Below, in pieces: positions 17,794 to 27,429 of a stretch of DNA of 64,000 bases (the stretch's first letter is position 1; every line of letters starts with the position of its first letter). The notes under the pieces are model-generated. The model was not told the origin of the DNA. It ran no database searches and was given only the letters and a program-made list of their open reading frames with translations. The stretch covers positions 26,986 through 90,985 of the forward strand of contig JANWXQ010000070.1 in the NCBI GenBank assembly GCA_025057275.1, written 5' to 3'. This stretch comes from Chitinophagales bacterium (GTDB lineage Bacteria; Bacteroidota; Bacteroidia; Chitinophagales; UBA10324). A program made the translations under genes and the position numbers.

Positions 17794-17979
17794 CTAAGGG
17801 TTCTTGGGAAACAAGGTCAGGTAAGCGCGGTACAATGCATAGAGCAGGAAAGCAATACCGAGCACCGTTCGTAAGGTGCCTTGCAGTTCCGGAAACCAAC
17901 GACTGAACAAAAGGATAGATCCTACACTTAAATAGGCCAGAACCATTACCAGATGAAACAGTTTCGGGCCGGGCCTCAC
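17794..17979 (-). CDS. Small membrane protein (two predicted TM helices)
   Basis: 61 aa and hydrophobic (LFHLVMVLAYLSVGSILLF / LGIAFLLYALYRAYL). It sits between tonB and the PstS-like gene with essentially no spacer. Confidence 0.5.
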   Translation of the reverse strand: MRPGPKLFHLVMVLAYLSVGSILLFSRWFPELQGTLRTVLGIAFLLYALYRAYLTLFPKNP

Positions 17980-17988
17980 GCAAAGAGC

Positions 17989-18783
17989 TTATTCTGCCCC
18001 CAACTTAAAGGTAATGGGCAGCTTGAAATACACTTTTACCGGATTGCCGTTCTGGCGGCCGGGCTTCCAGGGCGGCATGGATTTCACCACACGGATGGCC
18101 TCTTCCGTGGTGCCGCCGCCGATTTCGCGCAGCGGGACGATGTCCGAAATGTTACCCCGCTCATCCACAACAAACTGAAGCACTACACGACCTTCAATAC
18201 CGTTTTCGCGCGCAGCCGGCGGATAACGGATGTTTTTTTGAAGATACTTCATCAGCTCGGTGGTACCTCCGGGGAATTCGGGCATCTGTTCCACGTAGGT
18301 GAAAATCTGTGGCTTAACCTCTTCTTCCACCACGGTGGCCTGCTGCACGGCGCTGAAATCGTATTCCACATTGTCACTGGCAGGGCCGGTTTCCACCGTT
18401 TTCAGTTCTTCAATGGGCGGAGGCACATCTTCCTCACGCACTTCTTCATCGGGCTTAATGACCGGCGGGGTGAATTTGACCGTTTTGGGTGGCGGAGGCA
18501 GATCCGGCGGGGGCGGAGGCGGGGTATTCTTATCTATGGGTGGCGGTTCCGACAGCTCGGTGATCTTGATCTTTTTTTCCGCGACCGGAGGCTCAGGTTT
18601 TTTGAACAACCTGAGGATGTAAGGCATGGAAAAACCCAGCACAAATACGGAAACGCCGATGATCAGGCCAACTGCCAAGTGGCGCGCATAGCGCTTGCGC
18701 AGGTAGTAAGCGCCGTAGCTTTTGTTGCGACCCTCAAAAACCAGGTCGTCCAGGTCGGCTTTAAGAATTTCTTCCGGTCGCAT
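17989..18783 (-). CDS. tonB: Energy transducer TonB
   Basis: N-terminal anchor (YARHLAVGLIIGVSVFVLGF), a Pro-rich linker (PPPPPPDLPPPP), and a C-terminal TonB domain (MPEFPGGTTELMKYLQKNIRYPPAARENGIEGRVVLQFVV). Confidence 0.88.
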   Translation of the reverse strand: MRPEEILKADLDDLVFEGRNKSYGAYYLRKRYARHLAVGLIIGVSVFVLGFSMPYILRLFKKPEPPVAEKKIKITELSEPPPIDKNTPPPPPPDLPPPPKTVKFTPPVIKPDEEVREEDVPPPIEELKTVETGPASDNVEYDFSAVQQATVVEEEVKPQIFTYVEQMPEFPGGTTELMKYLQKNIRYPPAARENGIEGRVVLQFVVDERGNISDIVPLREIGGGTTEEAIRVVKSMPPWKPGRQNGNPVKVYFKLPITFKLGAE

Positions 18784-18828
18784 GCGAGGACAAAATAACT
18801 AACGAATCGGTTAGGGTGAAAATTGCAT

Positions 18829-19371
18829 TTACTTCGGCAGCATTTCCAGCTCCTCGGGTGAAGGGTCTACGATGGCATAAGATTTAATGTCGTTGATCTT
18901 CATTTCATCCAACATATCCACCAAATTCTGATAACGGGATTCATCCGTAGGCTTGATGCCTATGTACACCCCGTTGGGTTTCCACCCGTTGGCCTGCTGC
19001 AGAGCCAGCACTTCGCGGTTACGGTCCTGAATGATCTTTCTGATGTTATTAAAGTTGGCTACTTCAATTTTAGGCTCGTTGATGCCGAAATAGTAATAAA
19101 TGCGGTCATTGCCTCCCAACAGGATGGTCATGGATTCCGATTCGCGGATTTTCGACATCTGAGCCGTATCCTTCACATCCTTTTCGGGCATAACCACCTG
19201 CATGGCCTTGGGCTTGGTCATGGTGGTGGTCAGGATAAAAAACGTAACCAGCAGAAAACCCAGATCCACCAGCGGGGTCATATCAACCCGGGTGGAAAGT
19301 TTTTTTGCCCGTACACCTCCTCGCTTTTTCCCATGGTGACCACTGTCACCACCTTCCAGCATTTCAGCCAT
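18829..19371 (-). CDS. exbD: ExbD/TolR family biopolymer transport protein
   Basis: Membrane-anchor motif VDMTPLVDLGFLLVTFFILTT and matching size. Confidence 0.85.
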   Translation of the reverse strand: MAEMLEGGDSGHHGKKRGGVRAKKLSTRVDMTPLVDLGFLLVTFFILTTTMTKPKAMQVVMPEKDVKDTAQMSKIRESESMTILLGGNDRIYYYFGINEPKIEVANFNNIRKIIQDRNREVLALQQANGWKPNGVYIGIKPTDESRYQNLVDMLDEMKINDIKSYAIVDPSPEELEMLPK

Positions 19372-19379
19372 GGCACCGT

Positions 19380-20003
19380 TTATTTTAGAGCATCGGGAGG
19401 CGGAGCTGCCTCATCCGCTGTTATCAAACCAAATTTATTGACTTTACTGAGCGAAAGCGTTTCAAATACATTCCGCACTGCAGGATATCCTGCATTCAGA
19501 TCGCCTTTGATAAGAATTACGGGATTGTTGCCTGCCCGCCGGCCATTTTCCAACCAATAGTACAGTTCGTTGGACAGGTTCTTGGTGCTGTCGGCAGGAA
19601 TGCCGGGCTGTTCCACCTTCTTGCGATCTTCAGGGGATAAGGCAAGAAAACTTTTGATCTGATTCATGGGCATGCCAATGCTGCTGCCCACAATAAAGGC
19701 ATTGATTTCATCCAGGGTAAAGTTGATGCCATAAGTTTCGCCCATGCGTTGGATGAGTTCACGCCGGAAAATCTGATTGTCCAGGTCAAAGAAAATGCGC
19801 CCGTCGGGGGCAATGGTAATGGTCAGATTGCCTTTTTCCTGGGGCTGCGCTATGGAAGTAGAAGAAGGCATTTGCACCTGAACCGGCTCATCGGGACGAA
19901 ATTGTGTGGTAAGGATAAAAAAGGTAACCAGCAGGAAGGCCATATCCACCAACGGGGTCATGTCAATGGCCACGTTGGCTCTTGGCATTTTTACCTTGGT
20001 CAT
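19380..20003 (-). CDS. exbD: ExbD/TolR family biopolymer transport protein (second copy)
   Basis: IDMTPLVDMAFLLVTFFILTT motif. Tandem with the other ExbD. Confidence 0.85.
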   Translation of the reverse strand: MTKVKMPRANVAIDMTPLVDMAFLLVTFFILTTQFRPDEPVQVQMPSSTSIAQPQEKGNLTITIAPDGRIFFDLDNQIFRRELIQRMGETYGINFTLDEINAFIVGSSIGMPMNQIKSFLALSPEDRKKVEQPGIPADSTKNLSNELYYWLENGRRAGNNPVILIKGDLNAGYPAVRNVFETLSLSKVNKFGLITADEAAPPPDALK

Positions 20004-20024
20004 GCCTGAGGATCGGTTAGGCGC

Positions 20025-20819
20025 TTAGTTATGCTGGGCGCTGAAGGTATTGGTAATGCTGTAGCCGGCCTCATCGATGAGGTAGGTCAGTGTATCGATG
20101 CGGGTGCTGAAGTAACTGTAGGCGATGATGGCCAGCGCCGAGGTGGTGATGCCCGTTGCCGTGTTCACCAGTGCTTCGGAAATACCGATGGACAATGCCA
20201 CTGAGTCGGCAGCGCCTGACTGACCCATAGCAGAAAATGCCCGGATCATGCCGAATACTGTGCCGATCAGTCCGGTCAGGGTGCCCAACGGCGCAATAGT
20301 GGCAATAAAGGGCAGGTTACGCTGCAACATGGGCAGCTCCAGCGATGTGGCTTCTTCAATTTCCTTTTGGATGGCCAGCACTTTTTGCTCATGAGTCAGT
20401 TGGGTGTTGACCGCCATTTCCCGGTATTTTTTCAAACCGCTTTTGATGACATTGGCTACCGAACCACGCTGCTTGTCGCATTCCCGTTCTGCAGCATCCA
20501 GGTCGTTGGAGGACAAATGAAACTGCACTTTACGGACGAAATTGGCCGCATTGCCAGTTCCTCTGGCCCGGGTTATGGTCAGCATGCGTTCAATGGTGAA
20601 TACAATCACCATCAGCAACTGGGTCAGGATGATAGGCACCATAAATCCGCCCTTGTACATGACACCTGCAATGTTGCCTACTTTAGGTTTTTCCCGATGT
20701 TCATCCACGAAGTTATCCGGATCGCCCAGGTAGTATTGCCAGATGAGGTAGGAAACCACATAGCAAACGACAATAACCAGAATGGGAAATATGTTTGCGA
20801 AAGAGCTGCGTTTTGTCAT
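20025..20819 (-). CDS. exbB: MotA/TolQ/ExbB proton-channel protein
   Basis: 264 aa. The conserved C-terminal channel region is IATIAPLGTLTGLIGTVFGMIRAF...ISEALVNTATG. Confidence 0.9.
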   Translation of the reverse strand: MTKRSSFANIFPILVIVVCYVVSYLIWQYYLGDPDNFVDEHREKPKVGNIAGVMYKGGFMVPIILTQLLMVIVFTIERMLTITRARGTGNAANFVRKVQFHLSSNDLDAAERECDKQRGSVANVIKSGLKKYREMAVNTQLTHEQKVLAIQKEIEEATSLELPMLQRNLPFIATIAPLGTLTGLIGTVFGMIRAFSAMGQSGAADSVALSIGISEALVNTATGITTSALAIIAYSYFSTRIDTLTYLIDEAGYSITNTFSAQHN

Positions 20820-20847
20820 TGGAACAGAGAATTTTTTAATGCGCTGG

Positions 20848-20878
20848 CAAATTTAGGATTAACTTTCAGCCAAGCAAA
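20848..20878 (-). promoter_or_regulatory. Putative Bacteroidota-type promoter of the exbB operon (-33 TTTG / -7 TAAATTTG)
   Basis: On the minus strand, TAAATTTG (complement of 20848-20855) fits TAnnTTTG and lies about 29-36 nt upstream of the exbB ATG. TTTG (complement of 20875-20878) lies 19 nt further upstream. Confidence 0.45.
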
Positions 20879-20945
20879 TTCAGGAAAAAATTAACGATTG
20901 GCCTTAACGGATTGTTATTATACAATTCATGGGCTCAAAATCCGC

Positions 20946-22445
20946 CTAAACGGACGAGCCGCTGTTTTTACGGGCCACGCTGTGATGGCGGCTGTACACA
21001 AAGTAGATCACCAGCCCTAAAGCCGTCCACAGCAGAAATCCATTCCAGGTGCGCTGGTCGAGGCCCAGCATCATGGCGCCGCAGACGACTACGCCCATAA
21101 TGGGTACAAAGGGAACCAGTGGCGTTTTAAAGGCGCGCGGCAAATCGGGTTGGCGCATGCGCAACACCCAGACACCGGCGCTCACCATCACAAAAGCCGC
21201 CAGCGTGCCGATACTGGTCAGGTCGCCGGCCAGCGAGCCGGGCATGAATCCGGCAAACAATCCGGTAAACAGGAAAAAGATGAGGTTGGATTTGTACGGG
21301 GTGCGGTACCGGGGATGGACGTGCGAGAAAATCGGCGGCACCAGCCCATCGCGCGACATGGAAAAAAACACTCGCGACTGCCCCAGCAACATAACCAGAA
21401 TTACGGATGAAAAACCGGCCAGAATGGCTACCGTAATAAAATCCGCCAGCCACGAATAGCCTGTCATGTACTTCTGTATGGCAAAGGCTACGGAAGCTTC
21501 TTTACCTGTGGTTCGAAAATCTTCCAGCGTGGCCACGCCCGTTAATACATAAGAAAAAAGGACATATAACACTGTGCAGATGCCCAAAGAAACCAAAATG
21601 CCGATGGGCATGTCGCGGCGGGGATTTTTGGCTTCCTGCGCTGCAGTGGAAACGGCATCAAAACCGATAAAGGCAAAAAACACGGTTCCGGCACCGGCCA
21701 AAATGCCCAGCAGGCCGCCGAACGTGTGCCGGTAGCCGTCCAGATCGGTGTAGGTTCCGGCCTGCGGCACAAACGGGGTATGATTTTCCGGTCGAATGAA
21801 CTTCCAGCCCAACAGAATAAAAGCCACCACGATGCTTACCTTGATGATCACAATAATGCTGTTGACCAACGCAGACTGGTGAGTACCGCGGATAAGCAAC
21901 AAAGTCAGCACCAGCAAAATGGACACAGCCGGCAGGTTCATGATACCGGAGGCCACCACATTTCCTGAAGCGTCGTATAGTCGCTCCAAGGGCGAATGGC
22001 ACCATTCGTACGGAATCTGTACGCCAAAAAAACTTTGCAGCATCTTGTTCAGATACTCGCTCCAGGCTATAGATACCGTAGCTGCACCCAGGCCGTATTC
22101 CAGCACCAGCTCCCAACCGATGATCCAGGCTATGAATTCGCCCAGCGTGGCGTAGGAATAGGTGTAGGCACTGCCTGCAATCGGAATGCTGGAGGCAAAT
22201 TCGGCGTAACACAAACCGGCAAAAGCACATCCTATGGCTGCCAGAATGTAAGAGTACACTACGGCCGGCCCGGCATGTTCGGCAGCAGCAGCGGCAGTTC
22301 GCACAAACAAGCCGGCTCCGATGATGGCTCCTATACCCAACATGACCAGGTCGGCGGGGCCCAGCGAGCGTTTGAACTGATTGGTGGCCTCCGACTGCTC
22401 CAGCAGTTTGTCAATGGGCTTACGAATGAACAGCGATTGAAACAT
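20946..22445 (-). CDS. Amino acid permease (APC superfamily, cationic amino-acid transporter-like)
   Basis: 499 aa, polytopic. The N-terminus KRSLGPADLVMLGIGAIIGAGLFV is typical of APC transporters. Confidence 0.9.
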   Translation of the reverse strand: MFQSLFIRKPIDKLLEQSEATNQFKRSLGPADLVMLGIGAIIGAGLFVRTAAAAAEHAGPAVVYSYILAAIGCAFAGLCYAEFASSIPIAGSAYTYSYATLGEFIAWIIGWELVLEYGLGAATVSIAWSEYLNKMLQSFFGVQIPYEWCHSPLERLYDASGNVVASGIMNLPAVSILLVLTLLLIRGTHQSALVNSIIVIIKVSIVVAFILLGWKFIRPENHTPFVPQAGTYTDLDGYRHTFGGLLGILAGAGTVFFAFIGFDAVSTAAQEAKNPRRDMPIGILVSLGICTVLYVLFSYVLTGVATLEDFRTTGKEASVAFAIQKYMTGYSWLADFITVAILAGFSSVILVMLLGQSRVFFSMSRDGLVPPIFSHVHPRYRTPYKSNLIFFLFTGLFAGFMPGSLAGDLTSIGTLAAFVMVSAGVWVLRMRQPDLPRAFKTPLVPFVPIMGVVVCGAMMLGLDQRTWNGFLLWTALGLVIYFVYSRHHSVARKNSGSSV

Positions 22446-22514
22446 GAAGCATCCTTTATGCGGGCGCTCAAAATAGAAATAAAGCCGGTGATTTTTTCTT
22501 TGCCCGCTATACCA

Positions 22515-24494
22515 TCAGCGCAACAGCAATCTGGCCATCATCGGTTCGGCACCAGCCAGGCCGGCTATCTGTAGACAATACATGCCGGGTGGATATCCGG
22601 TAAGGTCATACGTCAGTTCGTGACGGCCTGCTTCCAGCGGAACCTCGTGTCGAAGTATGAGCTGACCCAGCGCGTTGAGCAAGTGAATCTGAGCCGTGGC
22701 ATTCGTCATGCTTGGAATTTCTACCGTAAACGTTCCGGAAGAGGGATTGGGCGTTACCTGCAATACGTGGGGTTGCGCAGTGCGGCTGAGATAAACCACA
22801 TGGCTGTAGCTGTAAGACCCATCGGCGTCAACCAGGCGCAGGCGGTAATAGGCCTGAGAGGTCGGTTGGCCGTCGGTAAACTGGTAGCGAAGAAAACTTT
22901 CACTAAATCCTGCTGCATGCACCATGCCCAACTCTTGGTAATCCCGGCCATCGGAAGAGCGCTCAATCAAAAAGTGAGCGGAATTCTGTTCGGAGGCCGT
23001 TGCCCAGTAGAGTTGATTGCCCCAGGGCAGGGTTTCACCCGTGAAACTGATGAGGGTAACCGGAAGGGCACAGGAACTGATGGTAGCGCCGTTACTGAGT
23101 TGAAAATTGAACACGTAATTCATGTTTCCCGACCACACATCCAGCAACAAAACATAAAATTGGCCGGCTTTAACGTTAACCGTGTCTACGAATGCATTGC
23201 CGGTAGGTGGCTCCGAGACGTCGGTTTCCGCAGCCTGCAGACCCGTGGAATAGGGCGGTAAGCCGTAGGAGTTGGTGGCATACTGCGTGGCGATAGAGCA
23301 ACGGATAGGAGGAGACGTCATCGGGCAATTCAGGCCGCTGAGGGGACCCCAGAGAGCAAAATCCACATCTTGCGGCGTACCTCCCGGACTGTAGATGTTG
23401 AATCCCAGCGTTCCGCCGGTGGCCATTTGCCAGAATAACCAGTTGGTGGAATGTTCACCAAACGACATGCAGCCGAAGGTGGCCGGCGAAAATTCCTGAA
23501 TGCCAAAGTCCCCGGCTTTGCAACTGCCGGCATAAGGCGAGGCGCTGCACAGCTGAATGGCACCGGCGCAGTCGGTAGGTGAACGGGCAATGAGGCAGAT
23601 GTTGAAGTTGTAGTTGGCCGTTCCGCCCCCGCCATTAAAATCGAATACCCGCACATAGTACGTCTGACCCACGGTCAAACCGGTAGCCACCAGCGTTTCC
23701 ACTCCCCCGCTTCCAGTATTGTTAACGCATTGCAGCAGATTGAGCGAGGAACAATTACCGCTAAACAATTGCACCACGGCATCCATGGGAAAGATGCTCT
23801 GCACCCGAACGGTGTCAATGGTGCTGGGCGCCACAAAGCGGTACCATACGTCGTCGTTGGTATTCGGAATACCCGAACAGGGCGGGGCCGAAGCCGTCGG
23901 GTTGGTAGGGTTATTAATGAATCCCGGCACATACTGGCAGAAAGAACCCGAGGTGAGCGAAGTGGCATTCAGGCAATCGTCGTTGGCCGGTGCCGATACG
24001 CAGGGCGTGCAGCGCAGCAACATCTGCCAGCCGCGTGCATTGGATCCTGCATCGGCCTTAAACCGAAAGGTCAGCGAAGGCCCCAGGGTGGTGAAGTTGG
24101 TGGTGTTGGCGCCTGCGCTCATCTTGCGAATCAGCGGGGCCGAAGTGTTGGCACCGTCGTAAACGTACAGGGTGTCGCCGGAGCAAAAGGTTGTGTTCAG
24201 AAAGGGGGCAATCAGGGAATCGCGAATGCACGAACCGTTGCTGGTATTAAACGTAACGGTAATGTCGGTTACATCCTGATAGTTTTTGGAACTGGCTATG
24301 CCGCAGGCCAGCCCGCCGGGGCTGGTGGTGTCCACCTGATTGTCGTAGAAATAAAAAAACGAAGGGCAATTTATGGTAACGATGCCCGGTTTCAGCCAGA
24401 AAACGGATTGCCCTTGCACCTGTTGGCAAAACGCCAGCATGACCGTCCCGATAAAAAGAGCATAAGGCAATACCATCCGATGCCGGGTGTGCAT
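22515..24494 (-). CDS. Secreted Cys-rich multidomain protein with T9SS C-terminal sorting domain
   Basis: Has a signal peptide. A DDCxNA...DVWYRF...GQTYYVRV module is common in Bacteroidota surface proteins. There is an Ig-like penultimate domain, and the terminal CTD is VTPNPSSGTFTVEI...IHLLNALGQLIL...GMYCLQI. Confidence 0.8.
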   Translation of the reverse strand: MHTRHRMVLPYALFIGTVMLAFCQQVQGQSVFWLKPGIVTINCPSFFYFYDNQVDTTSPGGLACGIASSKNYQDVTDITVTFNTSNGSCIRDSLIAPFLNTTFCSGDTLYVYDGANTSAPLIRKMSAGANTTNFTTLGPSLTFRFKADAGSNARGWQMLLRCTPCVSAPANDDCLNATSLTSGSFCQYVPGFINNPTNPTASAPPCSGIPNTNDDVWYRFVAPSTIDTVRVQSIFPMDAVVQLFSGNCSSLNLLQCVNNTGSGGVETLVATGLTVGQTYYVRVFDFNGGGGTANYNFNICLIARSPTDCAGAIQLCSASPYAGSCKAGDFGIQEFSPATFGCMSFGEHSTNWLFWQMATGGTLGFNIYSPGGTPQDVDFALWGPLSGLNCPMTSPPIRCSIATQYATNSYGLPPYSTGLQAAETDVSEPPTGNAFVDTVNVKAGQFYVLLLDVWSGNMNYVFNFQLSNGATISSCALPVTLISFTGETLPWGNQLYWATASEQNSAHFLIERSSDGRDYQELGMVHAAGFSESFLRYQFTDGQPTSQAYYRLRLVDADGSYSYSHVVYLSRTAQPHVLQVTPNPSSGTFTVEIPSMTNATAQIHLLNALGQLILRHEVPLEAGRHELTYDLTGYPPGMYCLQIAGLAGAEPMMARLLLR

Positions 24495-24588
24495 GGAAAA
24501 AAGCTTCCGACTCTAAGTTACAAGTTGTGCACAAAAAGCAGCTGCCCTTCACAAGAACTGTGCACTGTACTGCTGGCTCATGTCCCGA

Positions 24589-25956
24589 TTACAGGATTCC
24601 GGCCAGCCAGCCGGGCACAATGCCGAAGAGTAACGTCAGCAGGCTAAGCGCTAGCAGCAGCACCTGAACCGAAAACGGTACGGACACCGGTTTGATGGCT
24701 CCTGTTGACGTAAACATGGACACCACCGGCCGCAGGTAATAATACACGCTGATCACCGAACCGATGACAGCTAATACCACCAGCCCTACCAGCCCCTCAG
24801 CAAGTGCTGAAGAAAATATATAAAATTTACCAATAAATCCTGCCGTCACCGGTATTCCTGCCAACGACAGCATGGCCAGGGTCCAGGCCACCGCCAGTCC
24901 GGGCTGCGTGCGGGCCACCCCCTGAAAGTGCTCCAGGCCATCGCCCCCGCAGGAGCTTTCAATCACATGCAGAACGGCAAAGGCCGTAAGTCCGGACAAC
25001 ACATAAGCCACCGAATAAAAAAACAAGGCATCGGCCGAACGGCTGTTCAGCACCACCAGCCCCAGCAACATGTAACCTGCATGCGCAATGCTGCTGAAGG
25101 CCAGCATACGCTTGACGCTGGTCTGCCGTACGGCCATCAGATTACCGGCCAGGACAGTGGCAGCCACCACCAGGCTCAGCAGATGCTGCACATCGGGTGC
25201 AGCAGGTAAAATCGCCTCTTGCAGCAAGCGAAGCAATGCGGCAAAGGCCGCAACCTTACCGGCAGTAGCCAGAAAACCGGTAACCACCGTAGGAGCCCCC
25301 TGATACACATCGGGCACCCAAAACTGAAACGGCACGGCGCTGATCTTGAAAAACATCCCTGCCAGCAACAAAACTATTCCGGCCACCACGTAGGCATTTC
25401 CTCCCTGGCTCATCAATTGCCCGGCAATCAGCGCGCCGTCAAACGAACCGGTAGCCCCGTACAAAAAAGCTATCCCCAGCAGCAGCAACGCTGATGAGAA
25501 CGCGCCCATAAGGAAATACTTCAATGCTGCCTCGTGGCTGAGTACATCTCTTTTGCGTATGCCGGCAAACACGTAGGATGCCAGCGACAGAATCTCAATA
25601 CCCAAAAACAACAGGAGAAGATGGGTGAATGACGCCATAACCACTGCGCCTATCAAGGCAAAAAGCAGCAGGGCCTGCAGATCGGCCTGATACGCCTTTG
25701 CCTCCGGCAACAGAGTCAGCAAAACAGAAGTAACCAATGCAGCCAGCAACACAACCAATGAAAAGGCCAGAGCCATATTGTCCAGTTGCAGCATGCCGTT
25801 AAGGATACGCTCGTTCACATCCCAGCCGGCCAACATCAGCACGGCTGCTGCCAAAAGGCCCAGCCCGCTCAGCAGGGGGATCAACCCGCGCCAGCGAAAG
25901 CCACTGCCAATCATGGCAAGCACCCCGAATGCAGTAAGGCATAGCAGCAAACTCAT
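24589..25956 (-). CDS. nuoN: NADH-quinone oxidoreductase subunit N
   Basis: 455 aa, polytopic, antiporter-like subunit. It follows nuoM with a 4-nt overlap. Contains KRMLAFSSIAHAGYML. Confidence 0.88.
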   Translation of the reverse strand: MSLLLCLTAFGVLAMIGSGFRWRGLIPLLSGLGLLAAAVLMLAGWDVNERILNGMLQLDNMALAFSLVVLLAALVTSVLLTLLPEAKAYQADLQALLLFALIGAVVMASFTHLLLLFLGIEILSLASYVFAGIRKRDVLSHEAALKYFLMGAFSSALLLLGIAFLYGATGSFDGALIAGQLMSQGGNAYVVAGIVLLLAGMFFKISAVPFQFWVPDVYQGAPTVVTGFLATAGKVAAFAALLRLLQEAILPAAPDVQHLLSLVVAATVLAGNLMAVRQTSVKRMLAFSSIAHAGYMLLGLVVLNSRSADALFFYSVAYVLSGLTAFAVLHVIESSCGGDGLEHFQGVARTQPGLAVAWTLAMLSLAGIPVTAGFIGKFYIFSSALAEGLVGLVVLAVIGSVISVYYYLRPVVSMFTSTGAIKPVSVPFSVQVLLLALSLLTLLFGIVPGWLAGIL

Positions 25957-27416
25957 GGCAGAAGAGCAGCGGTGGATTCAGAAACAAACGAAAGCAGCCG
26001 TTCGGCCACCGGCTCCGTAAGCTGAAGCAACGGCATGGGATAGATTCCCGTGCCGACAATGACGGCTGCACACACCAGCAGGGCCAGCCCTTCAGCAGCG
26101 CTCAGATCGCCCCTGCCTTCCTGACGCACATCGCCAAAAAACACCAGGCGATACCAGCGCAGCATGTATGCCACACTCAACACAATGGTCATGCCGGCTA
26201 ATGCCGCCAGACCGGCCCGAAAAAGAAACAAGCCGTTGAGCAACAAAAATTCTCCAATGAATCCGTTGGTCAGCGGCAACCCCACGCTTCCCAAAAGCAC
26301 CACAGCAAACAACCAGCCAAAGCGTCGCATCTGCCCGGCAACACCTCCCAGCTCATCCATTCGGCGGGTACCATAGCGGCGCTCCAGAATGTCCACAGCC
26401 AGAAACAGGGCATAGACAATGATGCCGTGACTGAACATCTGAAAAGCTGCTCCCTGCATGCCGGAAGAGCTGGCAGAGAGCACGCCTGCAGCAATTAACC
26501 CCACATGAGCAAGGGAAGAATAGGCCACTAACCGTTTCAGATCCTGCTGCCTGAGCGCAATAAACGATCCGTACAACATGCCGGCAACGCAAAGGCTGAT
26601 GGCCACCCATCCCCAGGAAGCAACCGCGTCAGGAACTACGGGCAACACCAACCGCATCAGTCCATAGATGCCCATTTTCAGCATGATGCCGGCCAGCAAC
26701 ATGCTGCCTGCCAGCGGCGCAACGGTGTAGGTGTCCGGTTGCCAGGTGTGAAAAGGAAAAACCGGAATTTTTACCGCAAAGGCAAAAAACAGTGCGGCAA
26801 ACAGCCAGATCTGTTCCTGCAGCGTTAAGTCCAAACCATAAAAGGCTTCAAAAGAAAAACTATGCGGCTCGGGAGTTCGCCAATACAAATACAAAATGGC
26901 CACCAGCAAAAACAGGCTTCCGGCCAGCGTGTAGACAAAAAACTTCAATGTAATGCGGCGACTTCCTTCACCGCCCCAAAAAGCAGTCAGAAAGAAGATG
27001 GGTATCAGCGCCAATTCATAAAATACATAAAACAATAATGCATCTCGGGCCAGAAACACGCCAAACAAAGCGGCCTGCATCAACAGCAGCAACGCATAAT
27101 ACGACCGCGGACGGGAAACCGGCCTGCCGGCCGGTTCTGCCAGCAACAACAAGGGATACAGCAATGCCGTAAGCAACAGCAATATGTAGGTAAGTCCGTC
27201 GCAGTTCAGTAGAAGCCGAACGCCCAGGGCGTCCATCCAGGTCCAATCCACCAGCCACGCTTTACCGTTTCCTTCCCAAACATCACGGGCGCCATACAAA
27301 ACCAAAAGCAGTGCGGCAAAGCTGGCCGACCAAACCACACTGCGGCTGTACCGCTCGGGCAGCAACAGCACCGGAATCAGGGCCAGAAGCGGAAGCAGTA
27401 CGATGGCGGACAGCAT
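25953..27416 (-). CDS. nuoM: NADH-quinone oxidoreductase subunit M
   Basis: 487 aa. Contains FFAFAVKIPVFPFHTWQPDTY and LKRLVAYSSLAHVG, typical of NuoM/ND4. Confidence 0.9.
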   Translation of the reverse strand: MLSAIVLLPLLALIPVLLLPERYSRSVVWSASFAALLLVLYGARDVWEGNGKAWLVDWTWMDALGVRLLLNCDGLTYILLLLTALLYPLLLLAEPAGRPVSRPRSYYALLLLMQAALFGVFLARDALLFYVFYELALIPIFFLTAFWGGEGSRRITLKFFVYTLAGSLFLLVAILYLYWRTPEPHSFSFEAFYGLDLTLQEQIWLFAALFFAFAVKIPVFPFHTWQPDTYTVAPLAGSMLLAGIMLKMGIYGLMRLVLPVVPDAVASWGWVAISLCVAGMLYGSFIALRQQDLKRLVAYSSLAHVGLIAAGVLSASSSGMQGAAFQMFSHGIIVYALFLAVDILERRYGTRRMDELGGVAGQMRRFGWLFAVVLLGSVGLPLTNGFIGEFLLLNGLFLFRAGLAALAGMTIVLSVAYMLRWYRLVFFGDVRQEGRGDLSAAEGLALLVCAAVIVGTGIYPMPLLQLTEPVAERLLSFVSESTAALLP

Positions 27417-27429
27417 AAGTACCCTGTTT

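Noticed and set aside
18440-18560. A repetitive GGCGG/GGAGG-rich stretch that looks like a tandem DNA repeat.
   Set aside because: It simply encodes the Pro-rich linker of TonB (PPPPPPDLPPPP) on the opposite strand. It is a normal feature of TonB proteins.
20847-20914. The direct repeats GCAAATTTAGGA / GCAAATTCAGGA (20847 and 20874) and TTAACGATTG / TTAACGGATTG (20891 and 20904) upstream of exbB, considered as a possible regulator (for example Fur-like) binding array.
   Set aside because: The first pair is better explained as the -7 (TAAATTTG) and -33 (TTTG) promoter elements read on the minus strand. The second pair does not resemble a Fur box and is short. I kept only the promoter call.
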